64,000 bases of DNA. Origin: a virus. Shown here one piece after another: positions 27,660 through 36,911 of the stretch. The first letter of the stretch is position 1. Each line of letters starts with the position of its first letter. The DNA is taken from the IMG/VR virus record IMGVR_UViG_3300039008_000243, positions 1-64,000 of that record, one strand, 5' to 3'. A program made the position numbers and the translations under genes. Below the pieces are notes generated by a model, which searched no databases, was not told where the DNA came from, and saw only the letters and a program-made list of their open reading frames with translations.

Positions 27660-29169
27660 TATAGATTCTCCTCAGTGAATAATTTATCTCAGTTTCTTGT
27701 GCAGACCATTTAGCTAATTTAGCAACTTTTTGATAATCTGTAAATAATAAGTTAGGTAATGCTGCAAGCATATGTCTAAATTTTTTGTGCTTACTATATT
27801 TTTCATAGAAAAAGTATAAATTTATATCTTTTTTATTATTTAAATCTAAAAACCCTTCTGCTCTTATTTTTTCGGGTATATAAGTTTTTGTATTTGTGCC
27901 AGGGGAGTAAGGACTATCTTTATCAGGTTCTTTAGCAGGTAAACAATTAAAAAAACCACATTCAGAACATTCTTCTATGTGGGGGACACTCCTATTTAAT
28001 TTTCTGATGTCTTTTTTAATAGTACTTCCACATTGCTCACAATTCCATTTGTAATTTTTTCCTTCTTTACCTTTAAGTGTGTAAAATCGATATCTGCAAG
28101 GTAAGCCATGATACCCAATCATTCCTACATGATCTAATATAATTTGAGTCTTTCCAGGTTTGTATCTGTTACCTCGCCCGTTACCCTGGTCGCATAAAAC
28201 TTCTGAAGCGGTTAACCTAAGCCATTGGACACATTCTACGTCAGGAATATCTAAACCTTCAGAAATAATATTTACATTGGTTAGAATTAAAAATTTTGGA
28301 TCTTCCCTAAATTGCTGTAAGATATTCTCACGGGCTTTTTTGGGTACAGATATTATTTCATTATTGACATATCTTTTTGTAGCAAGAGACTTCGCAATTT
28401 CTCTACCATAAATTTTTTGACCTAATTTGTTATATTCTGCTTCAATTTTTTGAGCATGGTGGATAGAAGTACAAAAAACTATGGTTTTTTTACCTTTAGA
28501 ATATTTTAACCAGTTTTCTACAATTTCTTTATTAATTTTTGGTTTTTTTAGATAATCTTCTTGTTGTTGTAAATCAAAATCTCCCATTTTCATATCAAGT
28601 CGCATGGTATAAGAATTAATAGGGGGTATTTCATAGGGAGCTAAGTAATTATTGTCTATATACCATCTGTAATCACCTCCAGGTAAAATTCTATCAAAAA
28701 GATTATCAAAACCTTTACCATCCAATCTGACAGGGGTAGCGCTCCAACCTAAAATCCTAACACTCTTATCTTTGTAAAATTTAACTACTTCTTCAAAAGT
28801 AGAGGCTTTTAAATTGTGGCACTCATCAAATAAGCATAATTTGGGAATAGTTTCTAACTTTTCTTTTCGTCTATACAAAGTTTGTATTGTACATAAAATA
28901 ATGGGTTTTTCTAAATTAGTTTTCTTATTAGCGGATACAAAGGAAACTTGACCGGGATATTCTTTTTCAAAAGTTTTATAAAAAGATTCAACAAGATAGT
29001 CTTTAGGACAAATAATAAACACTTGTTTACCCTGGTCAACGTAATACTTAGCTACATAAAAAATCTCTAAGCTTTTTCCTGTACCTGTAAAGTTCTGTCT
29101 AATTACATTATCGAAAGATTTGACCAGGTTATTTATAGCTTTTTGCTGGTATTTTCTAGGTTCATACAT
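27652..29169 (-). CDS. SF2 DEAD/DEAH-box helicase with C-terminal zinc ribbon
   Basis: Motif I FTGTGKS, motif II LFDECHN, motif III WSATP, motif VI QGNGRGNR. C-terminal CEQCGS...CSECG. Confidence 0.85.
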   Translation of the reverse strand: MYEPRKYQQKAINNLVKSFDNVIRQNFTGTGKSLEIFYVAKYYVDQGKQVFIICPKDYLVESFYKTFEKEYPGQVSFVSANKKTNLEKPIILCTIQTLYRRKEKLETIPKLCLFDECHNLKASTFEEVVKFYKDKSVRILGWSATPVRLDGKGFDNLFDRILPGGDYRWYIDNNYLAPYEIPPINSYTMRLDMKMGDFDLQQQEDYLKKPKINKEIVENWLKYSKGKKTIVFCTSIHHAQKIEAEYNKLGQKIYGREIAKSLATKRYVNNEIISVPKKARENILQQFREDPKFLILTNVNIISEGLDIPDVECVQWLRLTASEVLCDQGNGRGNRYKPGKTQIILDHVGMIGYHGLPCRYRFYTLKGKEGKNYKWNCEQCGSTIKKDIRKLNRSVPHIEECSECGFFNCLPAKEPDKDSPYSPGTNTKTYIPEKIRAEGFLDLNNKKDINLYFFYEKYSKHKKFRHMLAALPNLLFTDYQKVAKLAKWSAQETEINYSLRRIYNA

Positions 29170-29200
29170 ATAATTACGTAGTTAATTTTTATATCAAAAT

Positions 29201-29227
29201 AAAAACACCTAAGATATAGGTGTTTTT
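29201..29227 (-). terminator. Rho-independent terminator (usable on both strands)
   Basis: aaaaacacct / aggtgttttt around a 7-nt loop, flanked by A/T runs, between the 379-aa gene and the helicase gene. Confidence 0.6.
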
Positions 29228-29247
29228 ATTTAACTTTTTAATTAAGG

Positions 29248-30387
29248 CTAGAAAACTTCCATAAAGTCTTCCTCGACAGAATCATCAAAAGTACTTAAGG
29301 ATTCTAATAGCTCTTTTTTATTTATTTTTTCATTTTGAGATTCTAGTACAGAAGGATCTCTATAAACGCTTTGTTGGGGCTCAATCAACATCAAACTATG
29401 TAAAGGATTCCATTTATCAGGATTACCATTATTAAACTCTGTAACAGTTAATAAAAGTTTTCCACCGTTATCTATGCATTGCCTAACCCTGGTTAGATAA
29501 GGGGGTATTTCTTGTCCTTCATAATTTATATAACCAGGTGCAGATAATTTTTTAGCAGCTAATAAGTTCTCTCTTATTTGAATTTTATCAGGTATAGTTG
29601 TGTTACCTTTTTTATCTAGAGCTTGAAGAGTATTATCTTTGAGATATAAAACATAAAAAAAACCAAATTGATCCGAAGCTCTATCAATAGCTATAACATC
29701 GAAAATAAGAGGATTAGGTAAGTTTTTATGCCCTGTTTCTCTGAAAGGCCTAACAAAATCTATCAGTTGGGCTGGAAAATTTCCTGTAGGCTTTTTGAAA
29801 AAATCATTTAAATCTTCAAGGGTTTTTGCTTGAGATATTTCGTTATAATTATAAAGTTTTTGAGAATCCCTTTTTGATGGGTTTAATGAACCTCTGACAG
29901 CAAACCTAAAAACACCCTGTGATGTCTTAGCTATTAATTGAAACTTACAAAAAGCCTCTTGTTTTTCTGAGGAAGGAGTAACTTTTATTTTAAGTTTTTC
30001 ATCAATTATGAAAAACTTACCATCATCTTCCTCTAAAGGTTTAATATCTTTTATAGGTAATTTTTCTTCTCCAAAAATTAACCCTACACGTTCAGTATTA
30101 CTATTTTCTTTAAATTTTTGTAAATTAAATGTGTAAAAACCATCAACTTGATATTGGAAATGTCCAGGGATAATTTGTATTTTTTTAACTCTTATCTTCG
30201 CAATAGGGGATTCTAAACTTATTCCAAAGCATTCCTCACAAACTATTTTAAGGGCATCCCCTGTCTCTTTTGAAGAACTTCTTATTATGTCTAAAGTGCT
30301 TACAGGGTGATATTTTTGATAAATTTGTGTTGAGTCTAATATTTTGGAAAAATCGAAATTCTCTAATTCTAATGAAACAAAACTCAT
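29248..30387 (-). CDS. Hypothetical protein in the replication module (379 aa)
   Basis: Long ORF between the parB-like and helicase genes. No motif recognised. Confidence 0.6.
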   Translation of the reverse strand: MSFVSLELENFDFSKILDSTQIYQKYHPVSTLDIIRSSSKETGDALKIVCEECFGISLESPIAKIRVKKIQIIPGHFQYQVDGFYTFNLQKFKENSNTERVGLIFGEEKLPIKDIKPLEEDDGKFFIIDEKLKIKVTPSSEKQEAFCKFQLIAKTSQGVFRFAVRGSLNPSKRDSQKLYNYNEISQAKTLEDLNDFFKKPTGNFPAQLIDFVRPFRETGHKNLPNPLIFDVIAIDRASDQFGFFYVLYLKDNTLQALDKKGNTTIPDKIQIRENLLAAKKLSAPGYINYEGQEIPPYLTRVRQCIDNGGKLLLTVTEFNNGNPDKWNPLHSLMLIEPQQSVYRDPSVLESQNEKINKKELLESLSTFDDSVEEDFMEVF

Positions 30388-30469
30388 TGGATTAAATCTC
30401 TAAACTTTACAAAAAAACTAGCTAAAAAGAATATTTTTATATAATACCTTTTTAGCTCTAAAAAATCAA

Positions 30470-31546
30470 CTAATTAACTTTTTTTTTCTCAGCTACTTTT
30501 GCTTTTGCAGCTCTTGTTTGAATTTTACTTGATTGCTTAACTATATTGGTCAATAAAGCGACCAGGGTGTTAGGTGCATTAGCCTCTGATTCGGCATCTA
30601 AGATAAAACTCACTACAATATCTAAATCTTCATGTACATTTGCAGCTAAACCTTTAAGCTCCCCAAAAGTCCTGGTTTCTTTTTCTTCTTGTGTTGATGA
30701 ACTATCAGAAATTGCCTGATCAGTGTCGAGGGAATTTTCTACTAGAGATTCTGTGGGAGTTGTGGTTAATCTTTCAACAGCCTTCCTCACATCATGGGAT
30801 TTTACAGTAATTCTACCCTCATCCATAGCAAAGTCTGCTGATTCTTCTAACAATTGTGTAACAGAAATATTAGCTAACTCTTTGTTATTCTTCAAAGCTT
30901 TAACAACTTCTCCAGCAGCCGTCACATTCAATTCTTCATTATCTACCCATTTAACAATTTCGGGGTAATCACACTCAAAAACAGCTCTTAATTGATAAAA
31001 CCGGGTTGGACTAATTCCATAAGCTTCCGCAATTAAGAGCTTTGCTTTATCTTCTGCCTTATCTTTTTTATTAGCATCTAGAAGTTTTTTAACTTTTTCA
31101 AAGCGAGGATCCTCGTTTTGAGCTAATTTGATAGCATAAGGCAAAGAATCAATAATACCTTGCCATTTTTCACGTAAAGAAATTCTTTTATCAAGATTAC
31201 CAAAACTTATCTGCAAAGAATTTAAGGTTAAAGGGTCATTTGCAAGCTTCTCTGTTAATAGAATAAAGGGAATCTCTGAATTGATTTCAGAGCCATCTTT
31301 GACTAGATTCTCTAAATTGTAGTGACGGCGGTTTCCTTCAATAATTTTGTACAAAACTTGGGGGTTTTCTGGGTTTGTATGGGGAATACATAAAAGAGGA
31401 TCAATAATACCCCCAAGTTTTTCTATAGAATCTTTTAGTTCTGGATAATCTAAATTCTGTCTAAAGTTTTCAGTATTTCTTTCAAACTGTTGATAATCGG
31501 CAAAAGAAATAGGGGACTCTCCAATAGTGTTTAAGAGGTTACTCAT
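30470..31546 (-). CDS. ParB/Srx-fold N-terminal domain protein (ParB-like)
   Basis: IIEGNRRHYNL matches the ParB GxxRxxA/arginine-patch box. A helix-rich middle is followed by an acidic/lysine-rich tail. No ParA-like ATPase nearby. Confidence 0.7.
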   Translation of the reverse strand: MSNLLNTIGESPISFADYQQFERNTENFRQNLDYPELKDSIEKLGGIIDPLLCIPHTNPENPQVLYKIIEGNRRHYNLENLVKDGSEINSEIPFILLTEKLANDPLTLNSLQISFGNLDKRISLREKWQGIIDSLPYAIKLAQNEDPRFEKVKKLLDANKKDKAEDKAKLLIAEAYGISPTRFYQLRAVFECDYPEIVKWVDNEELNVTAAGEVVKALKNNKELANISVTQLLEESADFAMDEGRITVKSHDVRKAVERLTTTPTESLVENSLDTDQAISDSSSTQEEKETRTFGELKGLAANVHEDLDIVVSFILDAESEANAPNTLVALLTNIVKQSSKIQTRAAKAKVAEKKKVN

Positions 31547-31579
31547 AAATAAATGAAAAATTTTTAATTACTCATAATA

Positions 31580-31608
31580 ATTATCCATAGAAAATTTAAA
31601 ATTGTCAA
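31580..31608 (-). promoter_or_regulatory. Sigma70-type promoter for the parB-like/replication operon
   Basis: On the minus strand: TTGACA (31603-31608), 17-bp spacer, GATAAT (31580-31585). The -35 box is the outermost part of the left inverted-repeat arm. Confidence 0.55.
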
Positions 31609-31982
31609 CTAAAAAACCTAATTTTCCTCTTTTTTAACTTTTTTAGTGACTTTTTAGTGAGAATTTTAATCCTTTGAAACTCTTGTAACTAAGAACTGAC
31701 CAGGGTTTCAGAGTTTTTTAGCCGAAAAATACTATTTACATATTTCCCAAAAAGTAAAAAGACTATTCTATATATATACATATTTTTATATAACTATATA
31801 TTCATATAAAAATATGTATATATAATAAACTAAATTTTTAGAAATCCATATGGTAAGATTTGGTAAGAAAATCATTGAAATTCTTGCTATATAAAGGTTT
31901 CAGCGAATAAAATACCTTAAAATTCTCACTAAAAAGTCCCTAAAAAAGTTAAAAAAGAGGAAAATTAGGTTTTTTAGTTGAC
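31604..31982. repeat. 66-bp near-perfect inverted repeat flanking 247 bp of (TA)-rich DNA. Origin-like or parS-like structure, copy 2
   Basis: Arms at 31604-31669 and 31917-31982 have one mismatch (tagtgac vs tagggac). A nested perfect 21-bp inverted repeat lies at 31771-31791 and 31804-31824. Tandem TAGTGA boxes are present in the arms. The structure lies between divergent replication operons. Confidence 0.7.
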
Positions 31983-32007
31983 AAAACCCTGGTCAATTCT
32001 CTATAAA
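31978..32007 (+). promoter_or_regulatory. Sigma70-type promoter for the primase/helicase operon
   Basis: TTGACA 31978-31983 (end of the right repeat arm), 18-bp spacer containing CCTGGTC, TATAAA 32002-32007. An operator-like site ATTAACTAGTCAAT follows at 32011-32024. Confidence 0.55.
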
Positions 32008-32033
32008 ATTATTAACTAGTCAATCAAATACAT

Positions 32034-34694
32034 ATGGATCACCAAGATTTTGAGCTCATTCCTGCAAAGAGTATGGATATACTTTCTTTGTTTGGTCATA
32101 AGTCTATATATATCCCCTGCAAGGCTATAGAAGGTAAGAAAGCGGCTATCCTTCAAAACTGGTCACAAAAAGCTTTGAAGCCCGAAGAATTGCCTCCTAA
32201 CTCTGAGATGATAGCCTTACGCTTAGATGACTATGTAGCTATTGATTGCGATGGTGAATCAGCTTTAAATTACTTTATAGAATCTTTTGACCCTGGACAA
32301 ATCAAGACTTTTTATATATCCTCCATAGAGGCTAGAGGATGTTACATATTTAAAAAGCCTGAAAATTGGGAGTATAAGCTCTTTACAGTTCAAATTAATG
32401 AGGAATTATTAGAGATCCGCTCAGGTTCCGGTTGTTATCAAGTTATCCAAGGTATACACCCTGAAACCAAAGACTATTACTGGACAAATAATCTACCCCC
32501 TATAGAACTTAATTCTGAGGTTCTTCAATGGATTTCTCAACTTAAAAGACTCAAAGCTTTCCCAGAAAAAATTAAAAAATCTTATGAAACTATCTATTTA
32601 GATAAAAAAAACTTACCTGAAGACTTTAAAGTAAATTTACTTGATTTTGTTTCAAATGAAAACGCGAAGAATTATAAAAAGGGTGTAAAAACTTTTCGGA
32701 ATAACTCTGCATTTAACTTAGCTTGTGATTTGTTAGGATGTGAAGAGATATTCGATAATGCAGATATACCTATACAAACACCCCCAGAACAACTATTCCA
32801 AGAGTTTTGTGATAAATGTCCACAAACAGATTTTACAGCCACAGAAATTATTCAAACCTGGTCAAGTGCTAAGTCTCAACATAGGGAACCTTCTATATCT
32901 GCACAGACTTTTAATTATAAATGGCAAACACTTAGAAACCAATTAGGTTTAGATATAAAAAAACCTGTGGAAGAAAAGCCACAGGAAATAAAAACAACTA
33001 GCAATCAAAAAAACATTATGATCAGGTTGTATCAGATTATCAAAGATTTTGATACAAGTCAACTGCAAGAATTTTTTGATTTAGATGTTATTGTCAAAGA
33101 GCTCGCTATCAAGAATGAGTTATATGAGTTTGAATTCATTCAATACCTAAAAAAAGAGCTTCATATAAAAATACAGAAAGAGTCTGAACTGATTTTTCTA
33201 GGTACTGGCCTCCAAAATGTCAACTCTTTTAAGATAAAATCATTCTCAAAAACAAGATTTTATGAAGATTTTCAACTACATAAAAGTCTCAATGCATACC
33301 CTTTTGAGTTTTTATTTATCAACTTATTAACAGCCGTTTCTAGTCTTATTCCTCATAATCACAGATTATTTTGGAATAGTTCTGGCTCAGTCAACTCAAA
33401 TATTTTCACTATTCTCATTGGATCTGTGGCTTCAGGTAAGTCTAGGTTGATGGAGGATTTTTTAGATACCTGGTCAGAGCGGACTTTGATAGATAATAAT
33501 GCTTTTCATGATAACTACAAAAAATGGGAAGATAATTACAAAAAGTTCAAGAAAAAGTCTGTAGCAGCTCAGATAGAGTACTTTGAAGAACAAGGGGATG
33601 ATGTTCCTACAGGGGATACTACTCCAGAAGACAAATGGTTAGAAATTAATCCAGAACCCCAAGAGATATTACCTTTAAGCATTCGAGACAGCACTTTAGA
33701 GGGCATTCGGGATAATTGTTCAAAATTTGATAAGACCGACAGGGGTTTGCTTTGGGCGGTTGATGAATTATCTACAGCTCTGTCTACCTTGAGAGTACAT
33801 AGTAAGCAAAATAATGACCCCCTATCTAGTTTGCTTCCTATTTATAACGGAGATGTCACAAATCATTCCCGTGTATCTGACCAGGGTAAACGATTTGGTT
33901 ATTATAATGTCTCTTTGCTAACAACGACTCAATCTACTAGATTACTCAAGTTCTTTGATATTTCAGACCCCTCTGGTATTTTATCACGATTTTTATTCAT
34001 GCACCTAAAAGAAGACATAGAAACACCTTTATGCCATTCTATGTCTATTACAAGAGCACCCAAGCTAAAAGAGTTGCTGAGTGAGTATATTGATAGTTTT
34101 CAGTTAAAAATTCATGCAAATAATCAAGATGAAGCTTATTATCATTTATCTAAAGAGGCTTTTTATATCTTTTCGCAATTATATGACAGAATCAATGCAG
34201 TAGCTACTGAGATGCGACAACATGAAGTTGCCCCTGGAATTTCTCAATGGTTAAAAAGACTTCCTACTCATTTTGCTAAGCTAATTTTTGTGTGGCACCT
34301 TATTAAGTATGCAGAGGGGATAGAACCTAATAAGAATATAGTAAGCTCTGAAACAGTTAGTGAGATTGTACCAGTAATACTTTGGTTAAAAAATCAAACT
34401 GAGAGTGTACTTAAGCAAGTTATCCAATTATCCTTAAATAATTTAAAACCTGATGTACAAGAAGCTACTTTGGCTTTTAGAGATTTGCTGTATAAAAGCA
34501 ATAATGTTATCACAATGGATAGTTTTAGAAAATCAGGTTTACCTAAAAAACTTTGCTTTAGAGAGATTTATATACCTAGAAGCACACAAAGAGCTACTTT
34601 AAACGCGGCTGAAATCCAAGAAGTTTTTAGAGATATGGAAAGATACGGCTTGGGACACCATAATAAAGAGAAGAAAATTTTTACAGGGATTTAA
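32034..34694 (+). CDS. Bifunctional primase-polymerase / DUF3987-type (D5-like) helicase
   Basis: N-terminal prim-pol motifs VAIDCDGES and IQGIHPET. Walker A GSVASGKS, Walker B LLWAVDELS. 886 aa. Confidence 0.8.
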   Translation: MDHQDFELIPAKSMDILSLFGHKSIYIPCKAIEGKKAAILQNWSQKALKPEELPPNSEMIALRLDDYVAIDCDGESALNYFIESFDPGQIKTFYISSIEARGCYIFKKPENWEYKLFTVQINEELLEIRSGSGCYQVIQGIHPETKDYYWTNNLPPIELNSEVLQWISQLKRLKAFPEKIKKSYETIYLDKKNLPEDFKVNLLDFVSNENAKNYKKGVKTFRNNSAFNLACDLLGCEEIFDNADIPIQTPPEQLFQEFCDKCPQTDFTATEIIQTWSSAKSQHREPSISAQTFNYKWQTLRNQLGLDIKKPVEEKPQEIKTTSNQKNIMIRLYQIIKDFDTSQLQEFFDLDVIVKELAIKNELYEFEFIQYLKKELHIKIQKESELIFLGTGLQNVNSFKIKSFSKTRFYEDFQLHKSLNAYPFEFLFINLLTAVSSLIPHNHRLFWNSSGSVNSNIFTILIGSVASGKSRLMEDFLDTWSERTLIDNNAFHDNYKKWEDNYKKFKKKSVAAQIEYFEEQGDDVPTGDTTPEDKWLEINPEPQEILPLSIRDSTLEGIRDNCSKFDKTDRGLLWAVDELSTALSTLRVHSKQNNDPLSSLLPIYNGDVTNHSRVSDQGKRFGYYNVSLLTTTQSTRLLKFFDISDPSGILSRFLFMHLKEDIETPLCHSMSITRAPKLKELLSEYIDSFQLKIHANNQDEAYYHLSKEAFYIFSQLYDRINAVATEMRQHEVAPGISQWLKRLPTHFAKLIFVWHLIKYAEGIEPNKNIVSSETVSEIVPVILWLKNQTESVLKQVIQLSLNNLKPDVQEATLAFRDLLYKSNNVITMDSFRKSGLPKKLCFREIYIPRSTQRATLNAAEIQEVFRDMERYGLGHHNKEKKIFTGI

Positions 34695-34696
34695 AA

Positions 34697-35680
34697 ATGG
34701 TTAATGCAATTTTTTTTCATGGAATGGAAACGAGCAATCCTAAAGTTCCTTTGTTCCCTTGTCCTGATGGTATTGCAGGTGCTTGGGTATGTAAACAAAA
34801 ATACCCTAATGCGAAAGTTTTACCCTTGTCTTATGAGATGGTAAAAAATAACCCAAACGAATTCTTAAACCTGGTCAAAAAGACCAAAAGAGTTCTTTTT
34901 GTAGACATATCAATTCCCCCTGAAGTTCAGAAAGTGATGCAATCTTTCGGGGTTAAGTATAAAATTTTAGATCATCATGAAGCTTATTTAAAGAAATTAG
35001 CTGATTGTTTAATTTTTTCAGGATCTATAAAAGACAGACTTGAGAAATCTCATACTTACTATGATGTTAGGGAAAGTGGAGCAACTTTAGCTTGGAAACA
35101 TTTATTTCCGGATAAAAGTATGCCAGTTTTCCTCGAATATATAAGAGATAGAGACTTGTTTACTCAAGAGTTTGTTGACAATACTAAATTTCAACAAGAA
35201 GTACATTTAGCTATGGCTAATTTAAGAAGGTCTTTTGAACTTTTTGACATGTTAGCCCCTATGTGTAAAGAGGAATTACTATCCTTTTTACTACCTTATG
35301 GAACTCCAGCTTTGCAAAAAAGAAAAGAAAAAATATATAAAATTTTAGCAAAGAAAGTCAACAAAAAAGGACATATAGCTTACATAAAACTCCCAAAAAG
35401 CTATGTTTACCTTAAAGCAGACATGGCAATGTATCTATTACAAGACAACGCTGAGTTAGAACTGGTATTAATAGAGACTCCTGGTAACCCTAGAGTAAGT
35501 ATAAAAAGTAGAAAGTATTTAAATTTACTAAGTATATTTTATTACTTAGAAGAACTAGGAGGTCATCCTTCTGCAATCAATTTTCGCCCTAACCAGGGTT
35601 ATTTGAAATTGATTGAGGAGACACCTTTATTCTGTAACCTAAATTCAGATAATTTTTTGAAAGTCAGTCGTATCAATTGA
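34697..35680 (+). CDS. DHH-family phosphoesterase (RecJ/NrnA-like)
   Basis: Motifs PCPDGIAGA, LFVDIS, ILDHHEA (DHH) and IRDRDLFT. The first Asp-x-Asp motif is partly degenerate. Confidence 0.7.
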   Translation: MVNAIFFHGMETSNPKVPLFPCPDGIAGAWVCKQKYPNAKVLPLSYEMVKNNPNEFLNLVKKTKRVLFVDISIPPEVQKVMQSFGVKYKILDHHEAYLKKLADCLIFSGSIKDRLEKSHTYYDVRESGATLAWKHLFPDKSMPVFLEYIRDRDLFTQEFVDNTKFQQEVHLAMANLRRSFELFDMLAPMCKEELLSFLLPYGTPALQKRKEKIYKILAKKVNKKGHIAYIKLPKSYVYLKADMAMYLLQDNAELELVLIETPGNPRVSIKSRKYLNLLSIFYYLEELGGHPSAINFRPNQGYLKLIEETPLFCNLNSDNFLKVSRIN

Positions 35681-35731
35681 TTTAGTTTTTAACTATCATT
35701 TAACCCTGGTCACTTAAGTAAAAAAATTACG

Positions 35732-35778
35732 ATGAGTCACTGTTGTTTAATATATATTGCCAAACAACAGTGACTCAT
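35732..35778. terminator. 17-bp-stem bidirectional terminator
   Basis: atgagtcactgttgttt pairs with aaacaacagtgactcat around a 13-nt loop. On the minus strand a T7 run follows, 8 nt after the small RHH gene stop. Confidence 0.7.
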
Positions 35779-35785
35779 TGATTTA

Positions 35786-35953
35786 TCAGTATATATCTTT
35801 GATTTCTATACTGAAATATTTACATAGAGCTTCTATGAATACTTGTGTTCTAGATAACCCAGCATCTTTACATTTTTTTTCTAGCTTGTTGAAGAGTTGA
35901 TATGGTAAGTTTACAGAAGTCTTTTTTCTACGTTGTTTGTTATTGTTTGACAT
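35786..35953 (-). CDS. Small ribbon-helix-helix protein (55 aa, below the ORF-track cutoff)
   Basis: Manual translation gives MSNNNKQRRKKTSVNLPYQLFNKLEKKCKDAGLSRTQVFIEALCKYFSIEIKDIY. The layout (basic tail, beta-strand, two helices) is classic CopG/Arc. Followed by a strong terminator. Confidence 0.55.
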   Translation of the reverse strand: MSNNNKQRRKKTSVNLPYQLFNKLEKKCKDAGLSRTQVFIEALCKYFSIEIKDIY

Positions 35954-36000
35954 ATGCAAAATGAATATGGTAATGTGTTTACAGTTGAGTTAAAAGGATA

Positions 36001-36387
36001 GTGAACTTAGATAAGTTTGATTTAAAAGAAATTCCTGAGAATATTTCTAAAAGAAGGTTATTCAAATTGCTTGAATGTAGCTCTCAGACTTTAAGAGAGT
36101 ATCATGATATTGCTATGAATATTCCTGATTTTGAAAACGAATATCCTAGGGTTACTTCTAAGTCTACACCAATAACTAAAGTAGCCTTAACCAAATACCA
36201 AGTTTGGGTTATCTTTTCGCTTATAAAAGTCTCTCAAAGGCTTACTAAAAAGGAGGTAAGTAACGCAATTATTTATGAAGAAAACTTAGAATTCACCAAG
36301 AAATTTTCCAAAGCTTATTACTATGAAAATCACGGAATTTGCCAAGAAGCACAACCTAGATGTACAACAATTGAAGTCTTTGTGTAA
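36001..36387 (+). CDS. Hypothetical protein, possible HTH
   Basis: 128-aa ORF with a GTG start. RRLFKLLECSSQTLREYHDI is HTH-like. Confidence 0.4.
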   Translation: MNLDKFDLKEIPENISKRRLFKLLECSSQTLREYHDIAMNIPDFENEYPRVTSKSTPITKVALTKYQVWVIFSLIKVSQRLTKKEVSNAIIYEENLEFTKKFSKAYYYENHGICQEAQPRCTTIEVFV

Positions 36388-36808
36388 AGATAAGTTAGGT
36401 TATATTCCTTCGGAAACCGAACTTAATGATGCTTTATCAGAGCAGTTATTTCTTACTTCTAAAGATAATCCCAAATTGCTAGTCAGTGACCAGGGTAATC
36501 AACCCTCAAAGGAAATTCATTTAACTCTTTCTGAAGGGCAAAAAACTATTCTTACAGATTTAGTGACAGCAGCCCAACAAACTGAAAGGGAGTATATAGA
36601 ATGGCTTTTTAATATAGAACAGCAAATCTATAATAAATTAAACTCTAAATGTACACAACATCGCTTAGAAATGGTAAATAGAGTTAAGACAAATATGAAT
36701 CATTTCATGAAGGGGGAACTTCAAAAATCTTCTCTCCAAATACAAGATGAACAAGACCCTGGGCTAGTTAAAGCTTTAGGAGAGTATCTAGATTATGTCA
36801 ACAGTTGA
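36323..36808 (+). CDS. Hypothetical protein
   Basis: 161-aa ORF that overlaps the previous ORF by 65 nt. Confidence 0.45.
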   Translation: MKITEFAKKHNLDVQQLKSLCKDKLGYIPSETELNDALSEQLFLTSKDNPKLLVSDQGNQPSKEIHLTLSEGQKTILTDLVTAAQQTEREYIEWLFNIEQQIYNKLNSKCTQHRLEMVNRVKTNMNHFMKGELQKSSLQIQDEQDPGLVKALGEYLDYVNS

Positions 36809-36911
36809 AATAATTGCAAACATAATTCATAAAAGTTTAATCGTAAGCTTTTGGGTTTTCTTTTTTTATGTCATTTTTCTTCAAATTAAGCATCATTTAA
36901 GAGGTTAGGGA

